From an uncultured delta proteobacterium (GTDB taxonomy: Bacteria > Desulfobacterota > Desulfobacteria > Desulfobacterales > Desulfatirhabdiaceae): a stretch of DNA of 64,000 nt. Below, piece after piece: positions 39,542 through 51,875 of this stretch. The first letter of the stretch is position 1. Each line of letters starts with the position of its first letter. The stretch is taken from contig CAWBKP010000011.1 of NCBI GenBank assembly GCA_963789395.1, forward strand, positions 254,901-318,900, given 5' to 3'. Made by a program: the position numbers and the translations under genes. Under the pieces are notes generated by a model. The model was given only the letters and a program-made list of their open reading frames with translations. It ran no database searches and was not told the DNA's origin.

Positions 39542-42279
39542 ATGAAAAAGCGGAAAATCATCGACACCGCGGAGCAGAAGCGGCTGAATGACGCGCGCGA
39601 GGAGGGGATTCCGTGGAAGAAATGGGGCCCCTACCTCAGTGAAAGGCAGTGGGGAACGGTCCGCGAGGATTACAGCGAGGACGGAAACGCCTGGGAGTAT
39701 TTCACCCATGATCAGTCGCGCTCACGGGCCTACCGGTGGGGCGAGGACGGGCTGGGGGGAATCAGCGATGACCAGCAACGGCTGTGTTTTGCCATAGCCG
39801 TGTGGAACGGACGCGACCCTATCCTCAAGGAGCGCCTGTTCGGCCTCACTAACAGCGAGGCGAACCACGGCGAGGATGTGAAGGAATACTACTTCTACAT
39901 CGACAGCACGCCCACCCACTCCTACATGAAGTATATTTACAAGTACCCGCAGTGCGAGTTTCCCTACCGCGACCTGATCGATACCAACCGGAAACGGTCG
40001 CGGGAGGAGTTCGAGTACGAACTGCTCGATACGGGCGTGTTTGATCGGACCGGTATTTCGATGTGTTCGTGGAATATGCTAAGAACGGCCCGGATGATCT
40101 GCTTATCCGTGTCACCGCACACAACCGCGGGCCGGAAGCGGCCAGACTGGTTTTGCTGCCGACGCTGTGGTTCCGGAACACGTGGTCTTGGGGCGGGGAA
40201 AATCCAAAACCTTTGCTGAAGGAGGAATCCTCTGGCGTCATTTGCGCCTCACACCCCGAGATGGAAGAGTACCGACTGTATTGCGACGGCGCCCCGGAGC
40301 TGATCTTCACCGAGAACGAGAGCAATGCAGGCCGGCTCTGGGGACAGCCCAACGCTTCGGCCTACGTCAAGGATGCGTTTCACGATTACGTCATCTCGGG
40401 AAAGACGGAGGCGGTGAACCCGGCCAAGGTGGGGACCAAGGCCGCGGCCCACTACGTGCTTGAAGTGCCGACAGGCGGCAGCCAGACGGTCCGTCTGCGG
40501 CTGGCTGTAGCGACAGCGAAAAAACCCTTCAGCAGTTTCGACGGTATTTTCGAAAGCCGGATACGGGACGCGGACGAATTCTACCAGCGGATCACACCCA
40601 GATCGCTGACCGAAGATGAGCGCCGGGTTCACCGACAGGCCTTGGCGGGTATGCTGTGGAGCAAGCAGTTCTATTTTTTTGACCTGGAAGAGTGGCTGAA
40701 AGATCACAAGAGCCACCCGCTGCTCGAATCCACCGTGTGCAGAGTCCGGAACTCGGAATGGTTCCACATGCTGAACTGCGATGTGATCTCGATGCCGGAC
40801 AAATGGGAATACCCGTGGTACGCCGCCTGGGACCTGGCTTTTCACACGATCGCCCTGTCGCTGGTGGATTTTGATTTCGCCAAGGAGCAGCTTCTGCTGA
40901 TGCTCCGCAACCTCTATTTTCACCCCAACGGACAGATTCCCGCCTACGAATGGAACTTCAGCGATGTGAATCCCCCAGTACACGCCTGGGCTACGATCTG
41001 GCTGTTCAAGTACGAGCAGTCGCTGGGCCGGTCCGATCTTCGTTTCCTGGAACGCTCGTTTCAGGGCCTGATGCTCAATTTCAACTGGTGGGTGAACCGC
41101 AAAGACCCGTCCGGCAAAAACGTGTTCGCCGGAGGGTTTCTGGGACTGGACAACATCGGCGTATTTGACCGGAGCGCAAAGCTCCCTACGGGCGGAACCC
41201 TGGAGCAGGCGGACGGGACGGCATGGATGGCGTTCTACTGCCAGTGCATGCTGGAAATATCGCTTATTCTGTGCGAATACGACCCGATGTACGAGGAAAT
41301 CGCATTCAAGTTCGTCCAGCATTTCATGTGGATCGCCTATGCCATGGACCGCATCGGCGAGCATCACGACGAGATGTGGGACGAGCAGGACGGGTTCTTC
41401 TATGACCTTCTCCGGCTGCCGGATGGCAAGTCCATGCGCCTGAAAGTACGCTCCCTGGTGGGGCTGTTGCCCCTTTGCGCATCCACGGTGTTCGAAGCGG
41501 ACGTCGTGACCCGGTATCCGAAGTTGATGGAAATGATCGCCTTGTTCCGCAAACGCCACCCGGAACTGGTCTCCCAGGTTGCCCCGACAGATGCGGGATT
41601 TATCGGATACAAAGGACGACGGCTTCTGTCCATCCTCAACAGGAAGAAGCTGGAGCGGGTGCTGGGTTACATGCTCGACGAGAACGAGTTTCTGGGGACG
41701 CACGGCATCCGTTCACTCTCGCGGTATCACCTGGACCATCCGTATACGTTTTTCGTGGGCGATCAGGAGTATAAAGTGCAGTACCTGCCGGCCGAATCGA
41801 ATACCGGCATGTTCGGCGGAAATTCCAACTGGCGGGGGCCGGTGTGGATGCCGGTCAATACGCTAATCCTCCGGGCGTTGATAAACCTGTACAGCTTTTA
41901 CGGAAACGACTTCAAGATCGAGTGCCCGACGGGTTCCGGTTGTCTCATGACGCTGTTTGAAGTGGCACAGGAGATCTCCCGCAGGCTGGCGGGCACTTTC
42001 CTGCGCGATGCCAATGGCCGACGGCCGGTCAACGGCGGCACGGCCAGGTTCCAGGAAGACCCTCACTGGCGTGACCTGATCCTGTTTTATGAGTATTTCC
42101 ACGGCGACAACGGCGCGGGGCTCGGGGCCAGCCACCAGACGGGGTGGACCGGCCTGATCGCCCCCATTCTGGACATTTTTGGGCGCATCGATGCCAAAAC
42201 CGTTCTGGAAACCGGACGCGGCCACTTATTCGGCCGGCTTGTAAAAGAACAAGTGGGCGGGGAACAAGCAGGGAATTGA
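39542..42279 (+). CDS. GH63-like (MGH1-like) glucosidase (frameshift ~40045)
   Basis: [50 protein letters not shown] and GASHQTGWT. Confidence 0.88.
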
Positions 42280-42346
42280 GTACAGAAGTTGCCCTGCACG
42301 CATTTTGCCTGGCCGGTGCGGGCAGGGCCGCCCAATAAGCTGCTTA

Positions 42347-43339
42347 TCATTTTACTGCTTTTTGCGACGCGAAAGCGGCATATCTTGCAGCGCCGAGCAG
42401 CGCGGTCTTGGGGTTCAGGATGACCCTGACGGGGATATCCTGAAGCAGCGGCCGCATACGGCCCTTTGCGGTAAAGGCGTTCATGAACCCGGGCTCCCTG
42501 AGTTTCGAGATGATTTTCGGTGCAATGCCGCCTCCCAGGTACACGCCGCCGGTTGCCATGAGCTTGAGTGCCAGGTTTCCGGCTTCGGCGCCATAAAGAG
42601 ACACGAAGAGCTCGAGCGCCTGGAGGCACAGCGGGCTCTTTCCCTCGAAGGCCAGCTGAGAAATCAATGGCGCCGGGTCCCCATGACGCATCTGTTCCGC
42701 GAGCCAGGGCGGTTCTTCACCTTTGCCCCGATCCCTCAAACACCGGTATATATGGGCAAGCCCCGGTCCCGAAACCAGGCGTTCATAGCTCACACGCCCG
42801 AAGCGGCTGATCGAATAGTCAAGAAGTTCCATTTCAAGGTGGTTGCGGGGCGCAAAGTCGGCGTGGCCGCCTTCCGATGCGAACGGCCGATGCGTCTCCC
42901 CGTCCCAGTACATCCCTGCCTCGCCAAGGCCTGTGCCTGCCGAGATAATCGCCCGGTTGCCGGTTGCATTCCGGACGCCCCGGTTCAGAATCGCAAAGTC
43001 CTTGCTCTGCAGGACGGCGATACCGTATGCATTGGCCTCGAGATCATTTATCAGACCGACGCGCTCAAGACTCAGCTGCTTTGCCACGGTCCGGGAATCA
43101 ACCACCCACGGGAGGTTCGTGGCCTCACAGCGCCCGTTCCGAACCGGGCCGGCTATGCCGAAAGAAGCACTGGTGAGCTCACTGCGATGCATCGAGAGAA
43201 ATTCCGCCAGTACCGCTTCCAGGCTCGTCTTTTCCCGGCTGGGAAAGGTCTTTTCGAACAGGATCCGCATCCGGCCATTATTTGCCTCAATGAGCGCAAG
43301 CCTTGTGTTGGTGCCGCCGATGTCGCCTGCCAGAATCAT
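42347..43339 (-). CDS. glk: glucokinase
   Basis: LAGDIGGTNTR, LINDLEA, AGTGLG, SEGGH, ERLVSGPGL, GGVYLGGGI and F..KGR. Confidence 0.93.
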   Translation of the reverse strand: MILAGDIGGTNTRLALIEANNGRMRILFEKTFPSREKTSLEAVLAEFLSMHRSELTSASFGIAGPVRNGRCEATNLPWVVDSRTVAKQLSLERVGLINDLEANAYGIAVLQSKDFAILNRGVRNATGNRAIISAGTGLGEAGMYWDGETHRPFASEGGHADFAPRNHLEMELLDYSISRFGRVSYERLVSGPGLAHIYRCLRDRGKGEEPPWLAEQMRHGDPAPLISQLAFEGKSPLCLQALELFVSLYGAEAGNLALKLMATGGVYLGGGIAPKIISKLREPGFMNAFTAKGRMRPLLQDIPVRVILNPKTALLGAARYAAFASQKAVK

Positions 43340-43512
43340 GGTCCGGCCCCCTTCTCCTTCCAGGTTGCTATCAAAACTCCAATAGAGAGCACTTCTTGTT
43401 TTCTGTAACATATCAATGCCGGTCGAGCAAGTTATCTATAGATGTCTAAGGGTTTGACACAAACAGAAATCATTGTTAAGATGAAAATGATGAATACAAT
43501 AGGCACACACTT

Positions 43513-43785
43513 ATGAAATATTTTGATTGGTATGATGAAAAAAACGAATTACTTAAAAAATCACGGGCTGTATCCTTTGAACAGGTAGAATTGGCAATAT
43601 CCTCAGGAGATTTGATTGACCGGCTAACACATCCGAATCCGTCAAAATATCCGAACCAAAAAATATTTCTTGTTAAAATTGACAATGATGTCTTTTCGGT
43701 GCCATATGTCGAAGACAATGGAAAAATATTCTTAAAAACGATCCTACCAAACAGCAACGCATCCAAGAAGTTTTATTGGAGGTAA
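43513..43785 (+). CDS. BrnT-like type II toxin (possibly degenerate)
   Basis: FDW..EKN..LK..R.VSFE; HPN..KYPNQ; IFLKTI.P; toxin-before-antitoxin order. Confidence 0.75.
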   Translation: MKYFDWYDEKNELLKKSRAVSFEQVELAISSGDLIDRLTHPNPSKYPNQKIFLVKIDNDVFSVPYVEDNGKIFLKTILPNSNASKKFYWR

Positions 43786-43787
43786 AT

Positions 43788-44081
43788 ATGAAAAAGGCAA
43801 CTTACCTGGATGAAGACGAGATGGAATTAGCGAAATCACTTGAAAATGGTGAATGGACCTCTGACCTTACTAAAAAGGAAAAGAAACAATACGAGGAATT
43901 TGCGCGCTATAGCCTGAACAAACAAAAGCGGATCAACATCCGAATGAGTGAGCGGGATTTAATGAAAATCAGGGCAAAAGCAATCGAAGAAGGGATTCCA
44001 TATCAATCTTTGATCTCGATGCTGATTCATAAGTACAACGAAGGCAAAGTAACCATAACACTCAACTCGACAGAGCCATGA
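43788..44081 (+). CDS. antitoxin with C-terminal ribbon-helix-helix (BrnA/CopG-like)
   Basis: KRINIRMSERDL..IR.KA.EEGIPYQSLI...IHKY; GGAGG RBS. Confidence 0.8.
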   Translation: MKKATYLDEDEMELAKSLENGEWTSDLTKKEKKQYEEFARYSLNKQKRINIRMSERDLMKIRAKAIEEGIPYQSLISMLIHKYNEGKVTITLNSTEP

Positions 44082-44127
44082 GCCGGAAGGCTTCTTCTCA
44101 ATACTTATCTGATTACTTGGCAAATTA

Positions 44128-47100
44128 ATGGCTAAATCTACCAGTAGAAAGTACAAGCACCCCTACAGTGTTCACCTCGAATGCCGGAAAGGGTCAAGAC
44201 CGCTGTGTCTGTTCCTTGCGGTGTTGCAGATTTATCTTTTCGTATTTGCCAGTCCCGTATTCGCACTGCCAGAAGATCAACAATCGCCTTCCGGAGTGGC
44301 ATGTCCGCCGCAGCAGGAAGTCATTGATCGAGCTTGCAAGCATGTACGTTGATCTGCAAAAAGTCAAGATGGAGATTGAGGAACTATTGTCTGGGCAGGG
44401 CCTTGTCGGAATATCTCTTCAGACGCTGCTGGTTGTTGATCTTGAGTGATGACGCGGCAATTGACAGAAGGCGCAGAGAACTGAAGGAAGCCGTCAGCCC
44501 GTCCCATACCGCCCCTGAATCGGAATTGCCTCCGATGATTCAATGTGCGCTTTCCGATGGGGAGTTGCACGATTCAGCGCAGCAGCTACTGAGCTTGAAA
44601 CGTCAGGTCGATATCTTGCGGCTGAAGTTCCTGATGTATCCAAAGGCGGAGATAAAGCGGATTCTGGATATGCAGGGAACCACCGCCCAAACGGCAGTCG
44701 GTTTTGCAAAAACACTGGCGGAAGAGCGAACCCGGACGATCGAAAAGATGGCGACTGCCAATGCGCAGCTTCGGATCGCCGAACACTCGGCGCTTAACGC
44801 TCCTTCCGTGGAACTCAAAAACATGGCTACGTCCATGACATTGCTGGAAAAATCCATAGTCGACATACTCAATGCCAAAATGAAATGGCTTTCCGAGATA
44901 AGCAGCCGCGTGATGTTTTACCGTAATGCGGTGCTTCGCCTTCTGGAGATCAAAGGGTTTGCATTGAAACCCGACCTGCAAGAGGCGCTCCAGGACGAAC
45001 TTTCACGGGCTGATTCCCGCCCCTTTGAGTCCAAGCCCCTGGATGATGTCCAGAAAGACTATCAGGAAACCGTCAAACTCTGGCGTGTTCTGGTAGATAA
45101 AGCTTACGAAAAAACTTACGCAACCATCTACAACCTGAAACTTCCCGCGCTTCCGGAATTTCCCGGAGCCATTCTTGAAACCGCCGGGAACCTCCCCCAA
45201 ACTACCGCATACCGGGATTCCTATAAAGAAGCGGTTCAGATACGGGATGCCTTCTGGAAACTCAACACAGACACCTTTGACAAAGAAAACGACGCACTTC
45301 ACAGACTGCTTCTGACAACCGGGCAATTACGTGCGGAACTGCTTCAAGATCTGCTGAACCGAGGCGATTACTCCCCCTGTCCATCACAAACGAATATTTC
45401 CAGGATCTTGGCCGGGAACTGAAAATCGTGCCCTTCCGCTGGACGGCTCTTTTCAGCATCAAAATGATTGAAATCAGACATGCTCTGGGGATGGGGATTT
45501 CCGGTATCCTGAAGCTCGTACAGGATGTTTTCCATTTTGTGCTGTTTTTCTTTTTTTTCGCTCTCTTCTGGATGGGATTAAAAAAAGGACTTGCCGCCCT
45601 GAATCACCTGCAGGAATCCATCATCAAGGGGCGGAGTAAAAGCACGACGGCAAGGCGACTGGCGCTCTGGATCCAGCGGCTGAATCCGTATCTGCCCTGG
45701 CTGGTCATTTTGCCTGCCGTAGAGATCGGGCGAATGCTGATTGAAAATTCAATTTTCTCAGCATTCATAATTGTCCTTCCCTATATTTCTATTTACAGTG
45801 TCTATCGAATACTCATACTCCTTGTCATCGACTTGCTCTCTTATTTTGCGCTGCAGGCCGAAGTTGCTCGGCTTGATGCGGTTCAAGAAAAAATTCTTCG
45901 CAGCGCCAGGATCCTTGGTTTGTTCGCTCTGGTGTCCTGGTCTCTTCTGTATGCCGTGGAGAGCATCGTCAGCCAGGCCCTGGCGTATCGCCTGGCAATG
46001 ACGGCTTTTTTATTATCAGGAACCGTCCTATCCGCCTGGGTGGCAAACAACATGAAAAATGAGCTGGCGGAGTTCATTGACGGGTCTGCGGCGAGTGCTT
46101 TCGCGAGACGTCTGGCAACAGGGTGTCGCGGGAAATTCAGTTTTCTCTGGAGCCTTCCGGCCCTGATGCTTGCGGCGGGATTTGCGGTCTTTATTTTGGT
46201 GGAAAAGTGGGGCGAGAATTCAGATTTTTATAAGAAAGTCTCCGCAAAGATATTTAAACACAAACTGGCGATCAGGACATCCCTGGACAGCGTGGATCTC
46301 AAAAAGGATTTAATCAAAAATTACGCCTGCTGGTTCACGCGGGGTGAGTGCGAGGATCCATCCGTCATTCTTGTTCCACAAAATGATGTGCTGGAGCAGG
46401 TCAGGGAAGCCCTGGACAACTGGCAGACCGGCATCACGGCGGAGCATTCGGTGGCCTTTTACGGTGAGCAGGGCTCTGGCAAATCCCTGCTTCTCGAGCG
46501 TCTGGAAAAAGAATTCGGCAATCTCACGGTTTTAAAAGCCGCTGCTCCCCCAAAACTGCTCAGCCGGAGCAGTGTGTTGGCTTTTCTTGAAACCCTTTTG
46601 CAGGTACCGCTTGAAAAAGGAACGGATGCGCTGCTGGAAGCGGACAGGAACATGCCCAAAACACTCATCCTGATTGATGATGCCCAGAACTTTTTTTTGG
46701 CCAGACTGGGCGGCTTTGAGGGCTACCGGACGTTTATCGAAGTGATCAATGCGGAAACCCGGAATCTTTTCTGGTGTGCCGCGTTCAATAACTTTTCATG
46801 GAGTTATCTGAGGAGTGTTTTCGGGCTCAAGCGCAGTTTTGACCGGGTTATTAAAATACCCCGCTGGTCGGATACGGATATTCGTAATCTGGTTTATGCC
46901 AGGCATCGAAAAACGGATTATCGTCTGTCCTTTGACGGCATCGTGAATGCAACCGGAATCAGCAACAGCCGGCACAAACTGGTCCATGCAGCGTCTAATT
47001 TTTTCAGACTCCTGTGGCAGCAATCCGATGGCAATCCCGCGGCTGCTCTTTATTTCTGGCTGTCTTCCCTGACACCTCACGGACCGCATCCTGCTGAGGG

Positions 47101-47378
47101 TGGGGCTGCCCGAAGATCCCGATGCAAGCAGATTTACCGGATTACTGGAAGATGAGCTCTTTGTGTATACCGAAATCATGCGTCACGGCAATCTGTCAGC
47201 GGATGATCTGGTAAACGTGACAAACCTGTCGAACCTTTTTGTGAAAAACGTGCTAAAGGAAGGAGCCGAAAACGGCACCTTGAGCTGTTCGGCCGACGGC
47301 CGCTACGATATCCGGACTGCTTTCAAAGGCGCCTTGACTCTGTATCTGAATGGGAAAAATTTCATCTATGGAAACTAA
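44128..47378 (+). CDS. large membrane-anchored P-loop ATPase (~1080 aa once joined; at least three frameshifts)
   Basis: Signal-like leader, long helical segment (44334..45422), multi-TM block, Walker A GEQGSGKS, Walker B LILIDDAQ, SDGNP motif and a winged-helix-like tail (47100..47378). Confidence 0.7.
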
Positions 47379-48218
47379 CGTCAAGCCCGTTCTTGAATTG
47401 TTGAATCAGTTGCAGTTCAGCGCCATCTTTTTCCTCGGCAATCGGCATTGTCCTGCTTGCTTATGCCGGCAGGCTTCTCTTTAAAACGACATCCTGGCTG
47501 GCGGAAAAATTTCCCGCCAGACGGCTGCTCTTTCACCAGCTTGCCACCACGATCGGCTTCTTCATTTACGTCAGCGGGGGACTGTTTCTTGTTTATATCG
47601 TCCTCAATCCCTCGAGCCAATTGCTGCTTGCCCTGGGAGGAGGCGCGGCCGTTGCCATCGGCTTCTCCCTCAAGGATCTTGTCGCTTCCCTTTTTGCCGG
47701 CATCATCCTGTTGTTTGACCGTCCTTTCCAGGTGGGCGACCGCGTCACCTTCGGCAATACCTACGGTGAAATCACGAGCATCGGCCTGAGGGCCGTCCGG
47801 CTGCAGACACTTGATGACAATCTGGTGACCATCCCCAACTCCCGCTTCATCGTCGATCCGGTGGCTTCGGGAAATGCCGGTGAGCTGGATATGATGGTCG
47901 TTATGCCGTTTCACCTTGCCCTGAATGCCGATATCGCTGCTGGCCAGAGACATTCTGCATGAAACGGTCGTCACGAGCCAGTTCGTATATTTAAAAAAAC
48001 CGGTCACTATCGTCGCTTCGGAGGTTGTTGTCGGGGACATGCTGGCCCTCAGGCTTACCGCCAAAGCCTATGTACTGGACGTGCGCTACGAAAAGGCATT
48101 CGAAACCGATGTGGTCCTGCGGACAACAGAGGCTTTCCGCGCGCACGGCATCGCCAGACCTGCCATTCACTTGTCCAGCCTTGTGAAAGATCAAAAGACG
48201 GTTCGGTCAACCGTGTGA
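47368..48218 (+). CDS. small MscS-family mechanosensitive channel (frameshifted)
   Basis: AVAIGFSLKDLVASLFAGIILLFDRPFQVGDRV...IGLRAVRLQTLDDNLVTIPN; ATG overlaps the upstream gene end. Confidence 0.85.
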
Positions 48219-48228
48219 ACCGTCGCCA

Positions 48229-51200
48229 TCATTGGCCCGAGCCGCGGATGATGCTGTTCCCGGAAGCATTCGTGTCGCGTCTGCTTTTTTCCTCATCCAA
48301 AACATTGCGCACTTTATAGGAAAGATCCGAGATACTATATGGTTTTTGAATGAATCCATCGCATCCTCTGGCAATGACTTCCTGTGCCTGGCCGTTGATG
48401 GCGTATCCGCTGGAGAGCAGCACCGGCATGCCTGACTGGATCTTGCGGATGCTGTCAAACGTTTTGCCACCGTCCATCCCCGGCATGATCAGGTCAAGAA
48501 TCACCAGATCGATTTCATTTCCCCTGTCCGCAATGGTCTTGACCGCCTCCTGACCTCCCCGCGAAATAAGGACGCGATAACCCAGCCGCTCCAGCATGGC
48601 CCGGCCTACATCGATGATCATCTCTTCATCGTCAACCAGAAGAATAGTCGCCGATCCCTTGACAAGTCTTCCTTCGTGGGGGGTCTCTTGATGCGCTTCT
48701 TTTCTCGATACCGGCAGATAGATGTTAAACGTGGTTCCGTGACCGATTTCACTGTAAACCGTGATCATGCCGCCATGATTCTTGATAATCCCATATGCGG
48801 ATGCCAGCCCCAGGCCGGTTCCGCGGCTTTTTCCCTTGGTGGTGAAAAACGGGTCGAATATTTTTAACCGGGTGGTTTCATCCATGCCGGCGCCGGTATC
48901 CGTGACGGATATTTTGACATAGCACCCCGGCTCTGTCTGATAGGGTTTGCAAATCTTCTCATCCAGGGTGACAATCTTAGTTTCCAGATACAGTTCTCCC
49001 CCACCCGGGGGCATGGCCTGCCAGGCATTGACATACATGTTCAGAAGCACCTGTTCGATCTGCCCTCTGTCCACTTCCACCACCAGGGGGGCTTGTTGGC
49101 ATTTGACATGGATCCGGATTTCTTTTTTGGTCCGGCCGAACATGGCGGAGCTGCTGCGCACCAACTCGTTCATATCGATGGGCCTGACATCGTATTTTCC
49201 GCCACGGGCAAATCCCAGCAGTTGCTTGGTAAGGCTCGATGCACTGCGGATGTAATCCTCGATGGCATGGATATGTTCCCAATGGGGATGGGCAGTTTCC
49301 AGATCCAATGACATCAGCGATGCACGGCCCTGGATACCCATCAAAAGATTGTTGAAATCGTGGGCAATACCGCCTGCAAGGGTGCCGATCGCCTCGGATT
49401 TCTGGGCCTGTTGAAGTTTTTCCTCGATCAATTTGCGTTCCGTAATGTCGCGCGTAATGGAAATGATATGCGCAGCGCCTTTCAGGGAGATGACTCTGGC
49501 GGACATCAATGCAGTAACCAGGCTGCCGTCTTTAATTCGAAACTGAGCTTCAAGGTTCTCATAAACACCGTTTTCCTCGAGCCCTTGCAGCAATTTTTTC
49601 CGGTCGGCCAAGTCATGCCATATATTTATTTCTAGAGATGTTCTGCCGATAACCTCTTCACGCGTGTATCCCGTCAACTTGGTGAACCCTTCGTTGATAT
49701 CCACATATAGACCGTCGTCCAGGCGATTGATGTTCACCGCATCCGGACTGGAACTGAACGTCAGGCGGAATTTCTCCTCGCTTTCTCTTAGCGCTTCCTC
49801 TGTCCGCTTGCGTTCGGAGACATCCATAATAATAGCAATCAGCAGGTCCGGGGTTATTTTTTCGTAGGTGATGCTGACATGCAATTGTTTGCCGCTTACA
49901 ATCGAGATATGGGCTCCTTCGTAATGGTGGGCGCCGTCAATGGAGATGGCATCCACCAAACTTTGTCGAACAAGACCTTCCGGTATTCTATCCAACAGGT
50001 TCAGCCCGATATATTCTTCCTGCCTGGCTCCGAATAGGGTTGCGAAATGCCGGTTGCAGTCCAATACCAAACCATGACTGTCCAAAAGAATGAGCCCCAC
50101 TGGAGCACGATTAAAAACAGCCTGAAGTTTTTTCTCGCTGGCAATTAATGCATCCTCGGCCTGCTTGCGTTGGGTAATATCCGTGGTAAATCCGTCAATG
50201 AGGAACACACCATTCGAAGTCTTTTCACGCGCCCTGGCGTTCATACTGAGCCAAATGCTTTTTCCGTTCAGCCGCTTGGCCTCGTATTCAAAATTCTCCA
50301 CTGCTCCCTTTTCTCTCAGCAGACCGATAAACGACTTCCTGCGATTGGGATCGACATAGAGGTCTCTTGCCAGATCCTTATAGTTAGCAATTGCCATTTG
50401 AGGTGAATCCGCGCCCAGAATTCGCGCCATCTCGGGATTCACGAAATGCGCCCTGCCGTTCGAGTCTGTTTTAAAAATGCCCACCGGAGACAGATCAAAC
50501 AAATCCCGATACTTTCTCTCACTCTCCTGCAACCCAAGGGTTTTTACCGCAACTTCCCGTTTCAGATACCATATGCCAAGAAGTACAAGTATAAAGAGAA
50601 CAGGGCCGAGAATATAAAACAGATGTTTAAGTGTCTGAGATAACGGAACCGGGGATGGCGGAAGAATCGGGCCGAACCACTTGTTATACAATTCTCCATA
50701 GGTGCCATCTGCAATGACCAGGGTCAATCCTTCGTTCAAGAGCGCCAGCAACTCCTTATCGTCGTTGCGGACGGCAATACAAAATTTCTGTTCAAATCCT
50801 GTCAAGGGATTGCCGCTCGGCTTCAGGTCCGTATCCTGAAAAGAGCCGACATCGACCACATTTGTAATACCCAGTTTATTTAGAAGCTGTATCCCCACCA
50901 ATTCCTGGATAATAACCGCATCATACCGGCCTTTTGACAGCAGCGTCATTGCTTCTTCAAAGCTGTCGGTCAGGATCAGCTTGTCGGACAGGTTTTCCTT
51001 GACCGCATATTCATGGGCGGTATCCCCGCGCATCACCAAAAGTTCCCTGCCTTTCAAATCCTCACGGCCACGAATCGATTTTTCCCCTTTACGCACGAAT
51101 ATGGTGCCATGCATGCGCAAATAGGGAGCTGTAAAATCGAAGTATTTTTCCCGTTCCGCCGAATAGGAGACCAGGGGAAGAACGTCCAGGCGGCCATCCA

Positions 51201-51477
51201 TCAACTCTTGCTTGATTTCGTGCCAGGGACCGACTACAAAGGCGACCTCCAGTCCGGCCGACCGAGTAACAGCCTTGAGCAAGTCAACGGAAAATCCATC
51301 GGCGGTGCCGTCCGGCCGTATCATGGCTAACGGAGGATAGTCCAATTCGCTGGCGGATTTGAGTATTCGGCGGACCGGCGGTGTCTGATCGGCCGCCACT
51401 ACAGGATGCTGCAGCAGCACCAGAACGATAGCGGTCACCAGCAATTGAAAACAGGCATTTTTACTATTGACCCGCAT
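48229..51477 (-). CDS. hybrid sensor histidine kinase (family-3 SBP, 3 PAS, HisKA, HATPase, REC)
   Basis: DYPP...DGFSVDLL; GTLAGGIAHDFNNLL; NAWQAM; FDPFFTTK..GTGLGL; ILLVDDE...LDLIMPGMDG...KP. Confidence 0.92.
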   Translation of the reverse strand: MRVNSKNACFQLLVTAIVLVLLQHPVVAADQTPPVRRILKSASELDYPPLAMIRPDGTADGFSVDLLKAVTRSAGLEVAFVVGPWHEIKQELMDGRLDVLPLVSYSAEREKYFDFTAPYLRMHGTIFVRKGEKSIRGREDLKGRELLVMRGDTAHEYAVKENLSDKLILTDSFEEAMTLLSKGRYDAVIIQELVGIQLLNKLGITNVVDVGSFQDTDLKPSGNPLTGFEQKFCIAVRNDDKELLALLNEGLTLVIADGTYGELYNKWFGPILPPSPVPLSQTLKHLFYILGPVLFILVLLGIWYLKREVAVKTLGLQESERKYRDLFDLSPVGIFKTDSNGRAHFVNPEMARILGADSPQMAIANYKDLARDLYVDPNRRKSFIGLLREKGAVENFEYEAKRLNGKSIWLSMNARAREKTSNGVFLIDGFTTDITQRKQAEDALIASEKKLQAVFNRAPVGLILLDSHGLVLDCNRHFATLFGARQEEYIGLNLLDRIPEGLVRQSLVDAISIDGAHHYEGAHISIVSGKQLHVSITYEKITPDLLIAIIMDVSERKRTEEALRESEEKFRLTFSSSPDAVNINRLDDGLYVDINEGFTKLTGYTREEVIGRTSLEINIWHDLADRKKLLQGLEENGVYENLEAQFRIKDGSLVTALMSARVISLKGAAHIISITRDITERKLIEEKLQQAQKSEAIGTLAGGIAHDFNNLLMGIQGRASLMSLDLETAHPHWEHIHAIEDYIRSASSLTKQLLGFARGGKYDVRPIDMNELVRSSSAMFGRTKKEIRIHVKCQQAPLVVEVDRGQIEQVLLNMYVNAWQAMPPGGGELYLETKIVTLDEKICKPYQTEPGCYVKISVTDTGAGMDETTRLKIFDPFFTTKGKSRGTGLGLASAYGIIKNHGGMITVYSEIGHGTTFNIYLPVSRKEAHQETPHEGRLVKGSATILLVDDEEMIIDVGRAMLERLGYRVLISRGGQEAVKTIADRGNEIDLVILDLIMPGMDGGKTFDSIRKIQSGMPVLLSSGYAINGQAQEVIARGCDGFIQKPYSISDLSYKVRNVLDEEKSRRDTNASGNSIIRGSGQ

Positions 51478-51875
51478 CAACAAACCCCGATTCCATAAAA
51501 TTTTTGTCATGAACGTAATCCCGATTGTTTTTGCCCGATAAACCCGAATGTTCGTCCGGACAGCATCACCGTTCTTCGAAAGCAGAGCAGGCCCTTGCAA
51601 ATGGCTTATATAATATTATTCTATCCCTATCCATCCGGGATAAGTTGATTGATCGCTTCTTGAAAGGTGATTGGCAAACAACATCCCATCCCCTTCTCCG
51701 AACAGGATGGGTGAACCGCACGCGCAGAAATCTGTCGGTTCATATTGTACAAATGGCGGTTTTTAACCGGACATGGATATTTTTACATAAAAGAGAATGA
51801 CTTAGTCAATCAATATAAAAAACAAGCGTTTTTTTCCGCATACGATACGGCATGCATCGTTGCAGGAGGTGTATT

